A stretch of DNA of 64,000 bases. It comes from an uncultured Chloroflexia bacterium (GTDB taxonomy: Bacteria; Chloroflexota; Anaerolineae; CG2-30-64-16). The stretch is taken from positions 210,240 through 274,239 of the forward strand of contig CAWEMM010000014.1 in assembly GCA_963810095.1 (NCBI GenBank), given 5' to 3'. Under the pieces are notes generated by a model. It saw only the letters and a program-made list of their open reading frames with translations. It was not told the origin of the DNA and did no database searches. Below, in pieces: positions 26,544 to 35,922 of the stretch; the first letter of the stretch is position 1, and each line of letters begins with the position of its first letter. The translations under genes were made by a program, and so were the position numbers.

Positions 26544-28817
26544 ATGCAGACAGAAGAAACGGTCGAACTACGATGGATCCTTTCAGTGATCCGACGATGG
26601 TGGTGGCTCATCGCTGGATGCGCCGTAATCGCACTGGTCACTGGCCTCTTCACAACCTCTCGAATGGCTGCGGTCTACAAGGCCACCACGACCCTGTTGG
26701 TTGCGCCGGCGAAGCAAGCGACAACAAGCGAATATAACACCCTTATGGCTGGTGAACGCCTTGCCTTAACTTACGGTCAACTGCTGAAGGGGCGTTCGAC
26801 TCTTGAGACCACGATCTCGCGCCTGGGTCTGAACGACACCCCCGAGACGCTTGAGAGGCGGGTCGAGACGACCCCCGTCAAAGACACGCAGCTCATTCGC
26901 GTCGCGGCGGTCGACACGTCGCCGAAACGGGCTGCCGCAATCGCTGATACCATCGCTGACGTCTTCACCGAGTATGCAGGAACGTTGCAGGAGGATCGCT
27001 ATCGAAGCGATCTTGGGGACAAGCAGGCGAAAGCTGAAGCCCTGAGCGAGGCGATCGAGGACACTCAAGCCAAGCTCGAAACTGCCAACGCCCAGAAGGT
27101 ATCGGAGGAAGCTGAACTGGCACGACTGCAAGCGCTGTTCAGCGAATCTGGCAATGCTGCTCGGACGCTGGGACAGCAATTCGAGTCGCTTCAGCTGGCT
27201 GCCGAGCGGGCAAAGAATTCACTGACGGTGGTGGAAACCCCCCACGCATCTGCCATCGGCACGACTCGACGCTACACTGCGACCGCCACGCTCCTGGTCG
27301 ATCCTGGCGGTGCCAATCTCCAATCAGACTACTCGGGAATCCTCGCCAGCGAGCGGTTGGCCAGCACGTATGCCGAAATGTTGACCGGACCGTCAGTGAT
27401 ACAGGCGGCCATCGCCCAGTTGGGGAATAGTGAGACCTTGGAAGAGCGCGGAATCAGGGTGAAAGCAGAGCCGATTGCGGAAACGCAGCTTTTGCGGCTT
27501 GAGATTACCGCCCCGAGTGCGCAGCAGGCGACTCAAGTGGCCGATGCAATTATTCGAGCTTTTACGGAAGATCTGCGCGAGCTTTTGGGGAAGCCCTATG
27601 ATACCCGCCTCATTCCGATGCAGACAGAGATTGCCCGTCTGCAAGGGGTGATCGCTGACACTGGGGCCGAAATTCACCAACGCAATGCTGCCAAGCTCCA
27701 GAGCGAGAGCGAGTCGATGCGGCTTAGCAACCTTCTGACCGAGCAGCGTAACGACTACCGCGCAGTGCAGCAAGACTATGAGGAACTTCGCTTAGTGGCG
27801 AGTGAGGCCTCGGACACCGTTGTTATCACCGACCGCGCTGAAATTCCGCAGCGTCCCGCCCAAAACAGAATGCTTTACGTTCTGCTTGCCGTGGCCGTCG
27901 CAATGTTGGGAGCTTTCGGCGCTGCCTTCGTACACGACTACCTTGATGACTCTGTTAAGACGGCGAACGACGTGACCAGCGCGCTCGGGCTGAGCACGCT
28001 AGGAGCGATTGTCTGGCTAGGCGAGGAAGGGAAGCTGCCGATTGTCGTCTCACGACCGCAGTCACCAGGTGCTGAAGGCTTTCGTATGCTCGCCACGAAC
28101 ATTCGCCTGGCCGGTCTCGATCGGCGCCTTCGCACGATCCTGGTGGTCAGTCCCGCGCCCGGCGAAGGCAAATCTACGGTCGGAGCTAATCTAGCAGTCG
28201 CAATGGCGAGAAGCGGCCTTCAGGTTTTGCTCGTCGATGCTGATCTTCGCAAGCCGCGGCTCCACGAGTTATTCGGGCTCGACCCGTTCGACGGACTGAC
28301 CGAGTCCCTCGCAGAAGGATCTGCTGACCGATTCGTGAAATCTACAGGAGTGGAGGGAGTCAGAATCCTGACGAGCGGCAAGTTACCCGCAGACCCGGTG
28401 GGCGCACTTAGCTCAGTCCCGATGGAGCGGCTGCTCGAGGACCTTGCGCACCAGACAGACTTGCTCATTCTAGACAGTCCGCCGCTTCTTTCGGTGGCCG
28501 ACGCGGCGATCCTGGGCGCGCGTGCCGATGGCGTGTTATTGGTGCTGCGCAGCGGCCGGACGGGGAGTCGAACAGCACGAAGTGCGATGGAAGTCCTCCA
28601 GCAGGCCAGGACCCACGTACTCGGCGCGGTGCTTAACGCCATGCCTATCAGCAGCCACGGCTACTATCAGTACTACAGCAAGAGAGCCGGTCGCGACGGT
28701 CGCCTAAGTTGGCCGCCTCGGGCACCGGGCCTCTCTCGGCGGGACAGAATCAGACGGCTTACTCCGCGCTACCTGCATGCGAGCGCAGATTCAGTGTCTG
28801 ACCAGCAAGGTGAATGA
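26544..28817 (+). CDS. polysaccharide co-polymerase (Wzz-like) fused to a BY-type tyrosine autokinase
   Basis: ORF trimmed to ATG 26544 (AGGAG upstream). One TM helix at each end of a long coiled periplasmic-type domain. Walker A PGEGKST, A-prime LLVDADLRKP, Walker B LLILDSPP, Tyr cluster HGYYQYYSK. Confidence 0.85.
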   Translation: MQTEETVELRWILSVIRRWWWLIAGCAVIALVTGLFTTSRMAAVYKATTTLLVAPAKQATTSEYNTLMAGERLALTYGQLLKGRSTLETTISRLGLNDTPETLERRVETTPVKDTQLIRVAAVDTSPKRAAAIADTIADVFTEYAGTLQEDRYRSDLGDKQAKAEALSEAIEDTQAKLETANAQKVSEEAELARLQALFSESGNAARTLGQQFESLQLAAERAKNSLTVVETPHASAIGTTRRYTATATLLVDPGGANLQSDYSGILASERLASTYAEMLTGPSVIQAAIAQLGNSETLEERGIRVKAEPIAETQLLRLEITAPSAQQATQVADAIIRAFTEDLRELLGKPYDTRLIPMQTEIARLQGVIADTGAEIHQRNAAKLQSESESMRLSNLLTEQRNDYRAVQQDYEELRLVASEASDTVVITDRAEIPQRPAQNRMLYVLLAVAVAMLGAFGAAFVHDYLDDSVKTANDVTSALGLSTLGAIVWLGEEGKLPIVVSRPQSPGAEGFRMLATNIRLAGLDRRLRTILVVSPAPGEGKSTVGANLAVAMARSGLQVLLVDADLRKPRLHELFGLDPFDGLTESLAEGSADRFVKSTGVEGVRILTSGKLPADPVGALSSVPMERLLEDLAHQTDLLILDSPPLLSVADAAILGARADGVLLVLRSGRTGSRTARSAMEVLQQARTHVLGAVLNAMPISSHGYYQYYSKRAGRDGRLSWPPRAPGLSRRDRIRRLTPRYLHASADSVSDQQGE

Positions 28818-29461
28818 TGCGCGCTAGCCGTCGGATAATCGTAGGGGCCCTGGCCGGAATTACTGTACTCGTGCTAGTGGCTCACGAGTCAATCCTGATG
28901 GCGATCGGCGATTTCCTTGTGATTTCCGACACGCTCAAGCCTGCGGACGTGATTCATGTTGTGAGTGGCGCCGACTACCGGACGGACTACGCAGTGCGGC
29001 TTTACAACCAGCATCTGGGCCGCCAGATTTTTTTCACCGGCGGGTGGTGCGTTTATCACGGATACTACCATGGTGAGCACGGATCAGAGCGTGCACGGGC
29101 CTACGGTGTCGAACTGCAAAGCATCGCGTTTGATGAATCGCCGGTGACGAGCACCTATGCGGAGGCCTCCAGGCTTAAAGAGTTCACTGAGCTAAGCGGC
29201 ACACCTGCCGTCCGCTCGGTGATCGTGATTAGCGATCCATATCACATGCGGCGAGTTCGCTGGACGTACAGAAAGGTGCTTGGCGACCAAGTCGCGATCG
29301 AACTTGCGCCCGTGCCTTTCGTCATGACGCCGTATCAGCGGCGTTGGTGGGAGGACCCGGCTTCGAGGCAATACGTGCAGAGTGAGTACATTAAGCTCGT
29401 GTACTATTTCGCACGGTATCAGCTCGGGTGGACTTGGCTGGCTCGGTTCGACCGGGAATGA
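28814..29461 (+). CDS. DUF218/YdcF(ElyC)-family membrane-anchored protein
   Basis: 215 aa with an ATGA overlap with the upstream stop. N-terminal TM helix and the motif VIVISDPYHMRRV. Confidence 0.65.
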   Translation: MMRASRRIIVGALAGITVLVLVAHESILMAIGDFLVISDTLKPADVIHVVSGADYRTDYAVRLYNQHLGRQIFFTGGWCVYHGYYHGEHGSERARAYGVELQSIAFDESPVTSTYAEASRLKEFTELSGTPAVRSVIVISDPYHMRRVRWTYRKVLGDQVAIELAPVPFVMTPYQRRWWEDPASRQYVQSEYIKLVYYFARYQLGWTWLARFDRE

Positions 29462-29529
29462 GGCTCGGTAAGCAAGGCCATTTCGTCCTACACTCATTGA
29501 GAGCCATTCGCCGACGCGGGAGGATCTGT

Positions 29530-30660
29530 ATGGATCAGAACGTTGAGCGATGCAACCTTTGCATCCTGCCCAAAACGAGTCAGTTTTGCTTTGACGAGCG
29601 CGGCATTTGTGCTCTGTGCATTGCCGCGGCCGAGACGCCTGCGGGCGAACAAGCCGCGCGTAATCCACTGCTTGACGATTACATCGAGAAGATCCGTCTT
29701 CGCGGCCGGGGACGCCCGTTCGACTGTGTAGTGGGGGTAAGTGGAGGCAGAGACAGTTCGTATCTGCTTTACCTGTTGACTCGGAAGCATGGGTTGCGCT
29801 GTCTGGCGACCTACTACCGGACCCCCTTCACTTCCGATACAACGGACGCAAATGTCAAGCGTCTCACGAAAATCCTCGGCGTTCCCCTGGCCGAGTTGGC
29901 GGTCTCAAGCGATTACCATAGACGCATTGCCAAGGAGTTCACCGTTTTGTGGAGCGAGAAGCCTCAGCCTGTCATCGCGAACATGGCGTGTGCGCCGTGC
30001 AAGTTGATAAACCGCGAAGTTTTCCGGCTTGCCAGGGCGCAGGGTGTGAGCGCCGTGATCTATGGCGGAAACCGGTTTGAATCGGTCCAGATAGCGCCGG
30101 GAGCTCCGGCCAACGAGACGATGACGACCAGTACTCTCGCCGCAAAGCAGTTCGCACTGGGTGGTCAGCTCCGGAAAGGGCTGCAGCTTACCCAAAAAGG
30201 CCTGGGGGCGCTGCGGATGTCGAGCGAGCTTTGGCGATACATTCCACTCGGCGTCCAGTCCTCCATCATGTACATCTGCCCGCACACCGCTTACTTGCGC
30301 TTCCGATACCCCAGCGTTTTCGCCTTCGAGTACTTCTGCTTTGGCGAATGGGATCAAGCCGAGAGCGAAAAAGCACTGGCTGAACTCCATTGGGAGCTGC
30401 CGCTCGGTTGCAACTCCACCTGGAAAAGCGATTGCTCCTTCGCGGAACTCAAGAACTACATGTTCCGCAAAATGACGGGCATTACCTATATGGATGCCTT
30501 CCTTAGCAATATGGTGCGTGCCGGCGTGATCACCAGGGAGGAGGCGATAAAGCGCATTGATGTCGAAGGACGAACGTCCGCGGTCCGACTTGCTGATGCG
30601 TGTGCGGCCATGGGCTTGCCGGGCGAGTTCTCCGGACCGTTGCTACGAGACGCCGGATAG
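29530..30660 (+). CDS. N-acetyl-sugar amidotransferase (PP-loop ATPase, WbpG/WbuX-like)
   Basis: ORF 29428..30660 trimmed to ATG 29530 (GGGAGG upstream). N-terminal Cys cluster CNLCILP...CALC and PP-loop VVGVSGGRDSSY. Confidence 0.7.
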   Translation: MDQNVERCNLCILPKTSQFCFDERGICALCIAAAETPAGEQAARNPLLDDYIEKIRLRGRGRPFDCVVGVSGGRDSSYLLYLLTRKHGLRCLATYYRTPFTSDTTDANVKRLTKILGVPLAELAVSSDYHRRIAKEFTVLWSEKPQPVIANMACAPCKLINREVFRLARAQGVSAVIYGGNRFESVQIAPGAPANETMTTSTLAAKQFALGGQLRKGLQLTQKGLGALRMSSELWRYIPLGVQSSIMYICPHTAYLRFRYPSVFAFEYFCFGEWDQAESEKALAELHWELPLGCNSTWKSDCSFAELKNYMFRKMTGITYMDAFLSNMVRAGVITREEAIKRIDVEGRTSAVRLADACAAMGLPGEFSGPLLRDAG

Positions 30661-30675
30661 GACTGGGGGTATCTG

Positions 30676-32391
30676 ATGGCTTATTCCAGGCACCTGCACG
30701 GCTTCTCTCGGTTTGCGGGAGGACTGGTTCTCGCGGTGGTCACCACGGCGTGCGGTGTCGCCTGGCCTGCTTACCCCCCTCTGGGCCTGTCTACGGCCCA
30801 TCAGCCGATCGAGGTGGGCTCGCGGCCCCAGATCAGCCTGCTTGCCCAGCGCGCCCTACCGCCCCAGGGTCTCTACGAAAGCTGTTTGCCAGACGAACCG
30901 GGCTGCCTGGATGAGTTGGACAAGATGGCAGCAGGCGGCTTTCGCTTGATCTTGAATGATGGGCTGCGGTACGGGTACAGTGCCAAGGCCATCCGGGCGT
31001 ATGCGGACCGTGCAAACGCTCTCGGAATGATGGTGATTCTGCCGGTGAAGTACTTCCCCGAATGGGACACGGACGGCCAGTACCTGGTGAAGAAGTTCCC
31101 GGAGCTGGCATCGGAAGCCGGCTGCACCAGTAACAAGTGCTTTCTGGCCTACTACATCGGCATTCTCAGGGACCATCCGGCACTCTGGGGCTACTACATG
31201 GCTGACGAGATCGGCCCTGAGTACCATGACGGCTTGAAGATCTACTCCGACTTCGTCAGTGCCCTCGACTCTGGCCACCCCCGCCTCATCGTCGAACCCG
31301 GCACCAACGATCCGATGGAGATCTTCTTTACTTTCCATTCCTATATGCGTGATACCACCGAAGTTTTGGGTGCAACCAACTTCCCGTACGGTTATATCGA
31401 TCTGAACCGCAGCCTTACGAGATACACAGGAGAAAGCGCCAGGATGCTGCAGGCCTGGTCTCGCGACCTCGGCCTCAAGCACACGATCGTGCTACAGGCA
31501 TTCGCGCACCCACAGGTAGCCGATGTCGACCGGCTTTGCTCTCCCTGGCCTGCGTGTGCTCCATTTCCCAACTATGAGCAAATGAGAGCCCAGCGCGATC
31601 AAGCGTTGACGTATTCGAATCCAGAAATGATCCTGTGGTTCTACTATCGTTACATCCTCAGCTCCGACAACCCGGACGCGCATTGGCGCGATCTCGTGAG
31701 TGCCGCCTTCGCCTCGCTTCCGGAACCCGTTGCCACGCCGACCCCTCGCCCCCAGCATTGCGCACCGGGCTGGACTGGCGCGGACGTGGGCCAGCCAAGT
31801 CTCCAGGGCGATCAGAGCCTGGAGGGCGACGTGTGGACCGTCGACGGATCAGGATGGGATATCTGGTCGGATATCCGCGAGAAGGCGGATCAGTTTCGCT
31901 ACGTCTGGCGCGAATCCAGAGGCAACGGTGAACTGCTCGGCCGCATCGTGGCACAGGCGGATACAGGTGACGCGGCCAAAGCGGGTCTCATGTTCCGAAA
32001 GACCGTTGACCCCGTCTCGCCCTATTATGCTGTGATCATGACACCCCACCAGGGTCTTCATGTGCAGTATAGATCGCGTTACGACGAGGATCCAATCAGT
32101 GTTGCCTTGGGTCCGGCAACCCTCCCCGTGAGCGTGAGGGTGGTGAGGGCTGGCACGAGCTACAGCACCTATGTGTCCAACGGCGAAGCCCAGTGGTCCT
32201 TAATGCCCGGTACCACTGTCGATCTGCCAGCGCTCAGGGGGGTGGTCATGGCGGGGCTCGCGGTGACCTCGGGCAATCCTGCTTCGCTTTCCGAGGCGCG
32301 ATTCGAGGACGTACTGCTCGTGCCTGCACACCGGCTTTGGTTGCCCGCCATGACTGCGGCTCAAGACCGTGACTGGGAGCGCGACGAATGA
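30676..32391 (+). CDS. secreted or lipoprotein glycoside-hydrolase-like enzyme (TIM-barrel type) with a C-terminal lectin/DUF1349-like beta-sandwich
   Basis: 571 aa with signal/lipobox-like GLVLAVVTTAC. The central region has the GYYMADEI motif typical of glycanases found in EPS loci. The C-terminal 200 aa looks like a concanavalin-type domain. Assignment is tentative. Confidence 0.5.
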   Translation: MAYSRHLHGFSRFAGGLVLAVVTTACGVAWPAYPPLGLSTAHQPIEVGSRPQISLLAQRALPPQGLYESCLPDEPGCLDELDKMAAGGFRLILNDGLRYGYSAKAIRAYADRANALGMMVILPVKYFPEWDTDGQYLVKKFPELASEAGCTSNKCFLAYYIGILRDHPALWGYYMADEIGPEYHDGLKIYSDFVSALDSGHPRLIVEPGTNDPMEIFFTFHSYMRDTTEVLGATNFPYGYIDLNRSLTRYTGESARMLQAWSRDLGLKHTIVLQAFAHPQVADVDRLCSPWPACAPFPNYEQMRAQRDQALTYSNPEMILWFYYRYILSSDNPDAHWRDLVSAAFASLPEPVATPTPRPQHCAPGWTGADVGQPSLQGDQSLEGDVWTVDGSGWDIWSDIREKADQFRYVWRESRGNGELLGRIVAQADTGDAAKAGLMFRKTVDPVSPYYAVIMTPHQGLHVQYRSRYDEDPISVALGPATLPVSVRVVRAGTSYSTYVSNGEAQWSLMPGTTVDLPALRGVVMAGLAVTSGNPASLSEARFEDVLLVPAHRLWLPAMTAAQDRDWERDE

Positions 32392-33059
32392 GTGGCAGAG
32401 CGCCGGTTGTCGAACTTGTAGGACCGCCGGGCGCCGGTAAGACGACGCTCACACAACTGTTGCTCGCGAAGCGTGCGGACCTAAGAGTCGAAACCTGGCC
32501 GTATTTCAGAAGGCTTCGGGACGACGCATTCTTTGTACGCAGCGGGGTGAGCTTGTTTCCAGTGCTTCTTCGTCTCCGCAGCGACCACCGCAATGGCTGG
32601 TTACGCCCTCGTGACGCCGCGCTAATGGCCATTCTGCAGCGTTGGGATCGTGAGCTCGAGCGCATGGCGGTGAGGGGTGGCAAGGTCATCATCCTAGAAG
32701 AAGGGGCAATTTGTCTGCTAGCGAAACTGCGGGCGTTTGGTGCTGAGGGGCTCAAGGCAGCAGCCGCGGCGCAGTGGTGGGAAGAGACGTACCGGCGTTG
32801 GGCAAGCACGCTTGATTTGATCATCGTGCTTGAGGCATCCATCCCCACGTTGCTTGCGCGCATTCGGGGCCGCGAGCAGCAATATGAAATCGGCACCATG
32901 ACCGACCAGGAGGCGGTGAGATACCTAAACCAAATCGACGCGGCGGAGCGAGCGGTGCTTGCCGGGTTGTCGGCGGTGCCGCACGGTCCAGAGATCCGCC
33001 ATTTTGACACTGAGGCGCGCCGCCTGGATCACGTTGACATTCCGAGAATGGTGCGTTAA
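32388..33059 (+). CDS. P-loop NTPase/kinase-like protein of unknown function
   Basis: 223 aa with Walker A GPPGAGKTT and a Walker-B-like VIILEEG. ATGA overlap upstream and TAATG overlap downstream. Confidence 0.6.
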   Translation: MSGRAPVVELVGPPGAGKTTLTQLLLAKRADLRVETWPYFRRLRDDAFFVRSGVSLFPVLLRLRSDHRNGWLRPRDAALMAILQRWDRELERMAVRGGKVIILEEGAICLLAKLRAFGAEGLKAAAAAQWWEETYRRWASTLDLIIVLEASIPTLLARIRGREQQYEIGTMTDQEAVRYLNQIDAAERAVLAGLSAVPHGPEIRHFDTEARRLDHVDIPRMVR

Positions 33060-34381
33060 TGGACACCTTTCTGACCGACATGCTGAATCGGCTTGGTCCG
33101 CTGGACATCGTATTGTTGCTCGTCGGGGGCATAGTGCTGCTTTACCTCGCCTTATCGAACCGGGTGCTCCCATTGATGTTCATGCTGATCCTAAGTGCAT
33201 CACTGGTCACGAGCACGATCCCGATTATCGAGAATGTCGCTTCGCTTCTCCGATGGCTTTGCGTGCTTCTGTTGCTGGTGGCCGGGCTGTTGTTCAGCAA
33301 GGTCCAGTTATCGGTAGGCACCCTCCTTTTCTGGGGCTATGTCTTCTTCGGACTTGCCGCGATGATTCAGGCCCTCTCCATCACGTGGCAGCTTCAACGC
33401 GGCCTATTGCTCTTGCTCGTGGCGACGGCCGTCCCCATCGTATACGGCGCCAGGTCGTACGCCACGCATCGTGCTACCCTAGTCGCGACCGCAGTCGCGG
33501 GAGCCATGTTCGGTATCCTGAACGCCGTCGCTCTCCCATCCCAACTCAGCAGCGTAGGCAGGTCCATTGGCTTCGCCCAAACCGCGCCCGGGCTTACTGT
33601 CGCTATGGGCAGCCTGTTGCCATTCGTGTTCTGGGGGTTTTGGAATGTGAGGACCCTAGTCGTACGAGTGTTTTTCGGGATTGGTTTTCTGGCTGGTGTC
33701 GCAACGCTGGTTCTTAGTGGGCAGCGGGCCGGCACCCTTGCCGGCATTGTCAGCGTCATCCCGATGGTGTTCATGCTCGTGCGCCGAAAGCAGAGCAGCG
33801 CACAACTGGTGCTGCTTCTTATCGTCCTAGCGGTGCTCGGCCTCGTCGTGATACAGAATACCAACCCGGAAAAGATCAATTATGTACTCAACAGGTACCG
33901 GCCCGATACGGGCCTAACGAATAGGGACTGGCTGTGGAGCATTGCTTACTCCGAGATCTCGAAAAACCCTCTTTTCGGGCAAGGCATCGGAGCGGCTGAG
34001 TCGGTCATTCTCGCGAGCTTTCACAACGCTTATCTAGAAGTCTGGTTTAATGCGGGGTTTATTGGTCTGGCCCTGTTCATTGCTTCCCAGCTCTATCTCT
34101 TGTTCCGGATACGATGCCTTAGCCGCATCCTGCCGGGCCCCGAGGCGCAGTCCATTCTGGCGCTTGCCCTCGGCTACCTGATGGGCTTTGTCTTGCTCTG
34201 CATTGTGGAGAGCGTTGGTGCGGGAGCCAGTAACCTGAGTCTGATACTCTTTCTGTACCTGGGTACGCTTGTGTCGGGGCACGCCCTCTTCGGCATCCCT
34301 GGTTGTGGAGCCGGGATGCCGACTGCCACGCGTACGAATTCCAGCGTTGCGTGGGACGTTCCTACTGCCATAACATCCTGA
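33059..34381 (+). CDS. O-antigen polymerase/ligase-family membrane protein (Wzy-like)
   Basis: 440 aa with at least 10 hydrophobic segments and a large loop with the SGQRAG motif. Lower G+C, as is typical of wzy genes. Confidence 0.7.
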   Translation: MDTFLTDMLNRLGPLDIVLLLVGGIVLLYLALSNRVLPLMFMLILSASLVTSTIPIIENVASLLRWLCVLLLLVAGLLFSKVQLSVGTLLFWGYVFFGLAAMIQALSITWQLQRGLLLLLVATAVPIVYGARSYATHRATLVATAVAGAMFGILNAVALPSQLSSVGRSIGFAQTAPGLTVAMGSLLPFVFWGFWNVRTLVVRVFFGIGFLAGVATLVLSGQRAGTLAGIVSVIPMVFMLVRRKQSSAQLVLLLIVLAVLGLVVIQNTNPEKINYVLNRYRPDTGLTNRDWLWSIAYSEISKNPLFGQGIGAAESVILASFHNAYLEVWFNAGFIGLALFIASQLYLLFRIRCLSRILPGPEAQSILALALGYLMGFVLLCIVESVGAGASNLSLILFLYLGTLVSGHALFGIPGCGAGMPTATRTNSSVAWDVPTAITS

Positions 34382-34411
34382 TCGTTCGCTCCGCCAGAAG
34401 GTAGGCTGAGG

Positions 34412-35911
34412 ATGGCTACGGTCCTTACAGTGTCAGGGGAGGCGGCCCAGCCCGACGCCAGGGCTTCCCTGGTCCGCCACTCCGCGCGTTCGGTAAAGTG
34501 GTCCCTCCTCTACAATCTTGTGCCGCGCCTCGTTACGCCGTTCTCCACCATGGTTCTGGCCGCCATCTTGACGCCCGACGACTTCGGACTTGTGGCAATT
34601 TCTACGTTCGTAATCGCCCTGGCGCGTATCGTCGTAGATCTGGGCTTGGGCAAGACGGTGATTCAGCGCCAGACGAACGTAGACGAGGCCGCCTCGGTTT
34701 CGTTCTGTGTAGGCCTGCTCATCTCAGCCGTCCTCTACCTCGGCCTCTGGGTTGCCGCGCCTGCCATTTCCGCAGCCTACCATAACGCGAACGTCACCGC
34801 CGTGATCAGAACGTCTGCCTTGTCGCTGCCGCTGATGGCCGTGGCCACCATTCCGAAGGCACTATTGAAGCGGGACATGCGCTTCCGCAGCCTGTTCTGG
34901 GTCAATTCTTCTTTCCTGATTGTGCAGTCGATTGCCTCGCTGGCACTGGCGCTGGCTGGTTTCGGCTACTGGGCACTCATTCTCGGGCAACTCATCGGTA
35001 TGCTCATTAGCTCCGGACTGGCCTGCATAACGGCGCATCCGCGATTCGACTTCGTCCTCAGTTGGCCCGTTCTGCGGTCGCTGTTGGGATTCAGTGTCTG
35101 GGTGATGGTATCAGGTTTTCAGAGCTGGTTATTTCTGTACTCCGACAACGCGATCGCCGGGCTGTTCCTCGGCGTTCGCGAGTTGGGCATCTACGCACTT
35201 GGGTTCAGCGTGGCGGTCCTGCTGCCTGGGCTCGTCGAGGCCTCGCTCGGAGATGTGGCATATCCGGCGTTCTGCAAGCTTCAAGCGTCGCCTCGCGAGG
35301 TCGGCAAGAGCCTAGTTAAGCTTCAGACCTTGACACTCGCCGGGCTCCTCCCGGTGGCCAGCGCGGTTTCGGCCCTTGCTCCATCCGTTGCGGCCGGATT
35401 GTATGGGCCGAAATGGGCAGGTCTCGGTGCAGTCATCTCCGTCCTGGTGATTATGCCGGGGCTAATCTGCATCTGGGCGTTGAACGAGAACGCATACCAG
35501 GCCGTCGGCCGGCCAGATGTGGCGCCTAAGCTCGCCGCAATCTCGCTCTTGGTGCTCTTGCCTGCCCTATGGCTCGTGGCTCCACATGGTCTGGTGGCAT
35601 TCACATTCGCTCGCTTTGCCGCCGCGTGGATTTTACCGCTGGGTAATATGCTGGTTACTGCTCGAATGTTCGGTGTTGGACTCGCAGACCAACTGAAGAG
35701 GATCGTCAGGCCCTCGCTGTATGCGATCGTCATGTACCTGTTCATTTGGCTCCTGGTTCAGCAAATCGGCCCGCTGACCAGTGCGGTGGACTGGCTGAAG
35801 CTTGGCCTCGTCACTGCCGCGGGCGGACTGCTGTATCTGTTCCTGATCTGCATAGGTAGTCGCGGTTTGTGGAATGAGCTTCGCTTCGGCGCCCGCCAGG
35901 TTCTGTCGTGA
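34412..35911 (+). CDS. polysaccharide flippase of the MOP/Wzx family
   Basis: 499 aa, polytopic (about 12-14 TM segments). The N-terminus SVKWSLLYNLVPRLVTPFSTMVLAAILTPDDFGL is typical of Wzx-type exporters. Confidence 0.75.
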   Translation: MATVLTVSGEAAQPDARASLVRHSARSVKWSLLYNLVPRLVTPFSTMVLAAILTPDDFGLVAISTFVIALARIVVDLGLGKTVIQRQTNVDEAASVSFCVGLLISAVLYLGLWVAAPAISAAYHNANVTAVIRTSALSLPLMAVATIPKALLKRDMRFRSLFWVNSSFLIVQSIASLALALAGFGYWALILGQLIGMLISSGLACITAHPRFDFVLSWPVLRSLLGFSVWVMVSGFQSWLFLYSDNAIAGLFLGVRELGIYALGFSVAVLLPGLVEASLGDVAYPAFCKLQASPREVGKSLVKLQTLTLAGLLPVASAVSALAPSVAAGLYGPKWAGLGAVISVLVIMPGLICIWALNENAYQAVGRPDVAPKLAAISLLVLLPALWLVAPHGLVAFTFARFAAAWILPLGNMLVTARMFGVGLADQLKRIVRPSLYAIVMYLFIWLLVQQIGPLTSAVDWLKLGLVTAAGGLLYLFLICIGSRGLWNELRFGARQVLS

Positions 35912-35922
35912 GGGATGGGGCA

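Noticed and set aside
30065-30078. AAACCGGTTT inside the amidotransferase gene and AAACCTGGCC at about 32491 as extra copies of the palindromic element
   Set aside because: These are single short half-sites within coding sequence, without the second inverted 15-mer. They are likely chance matches.
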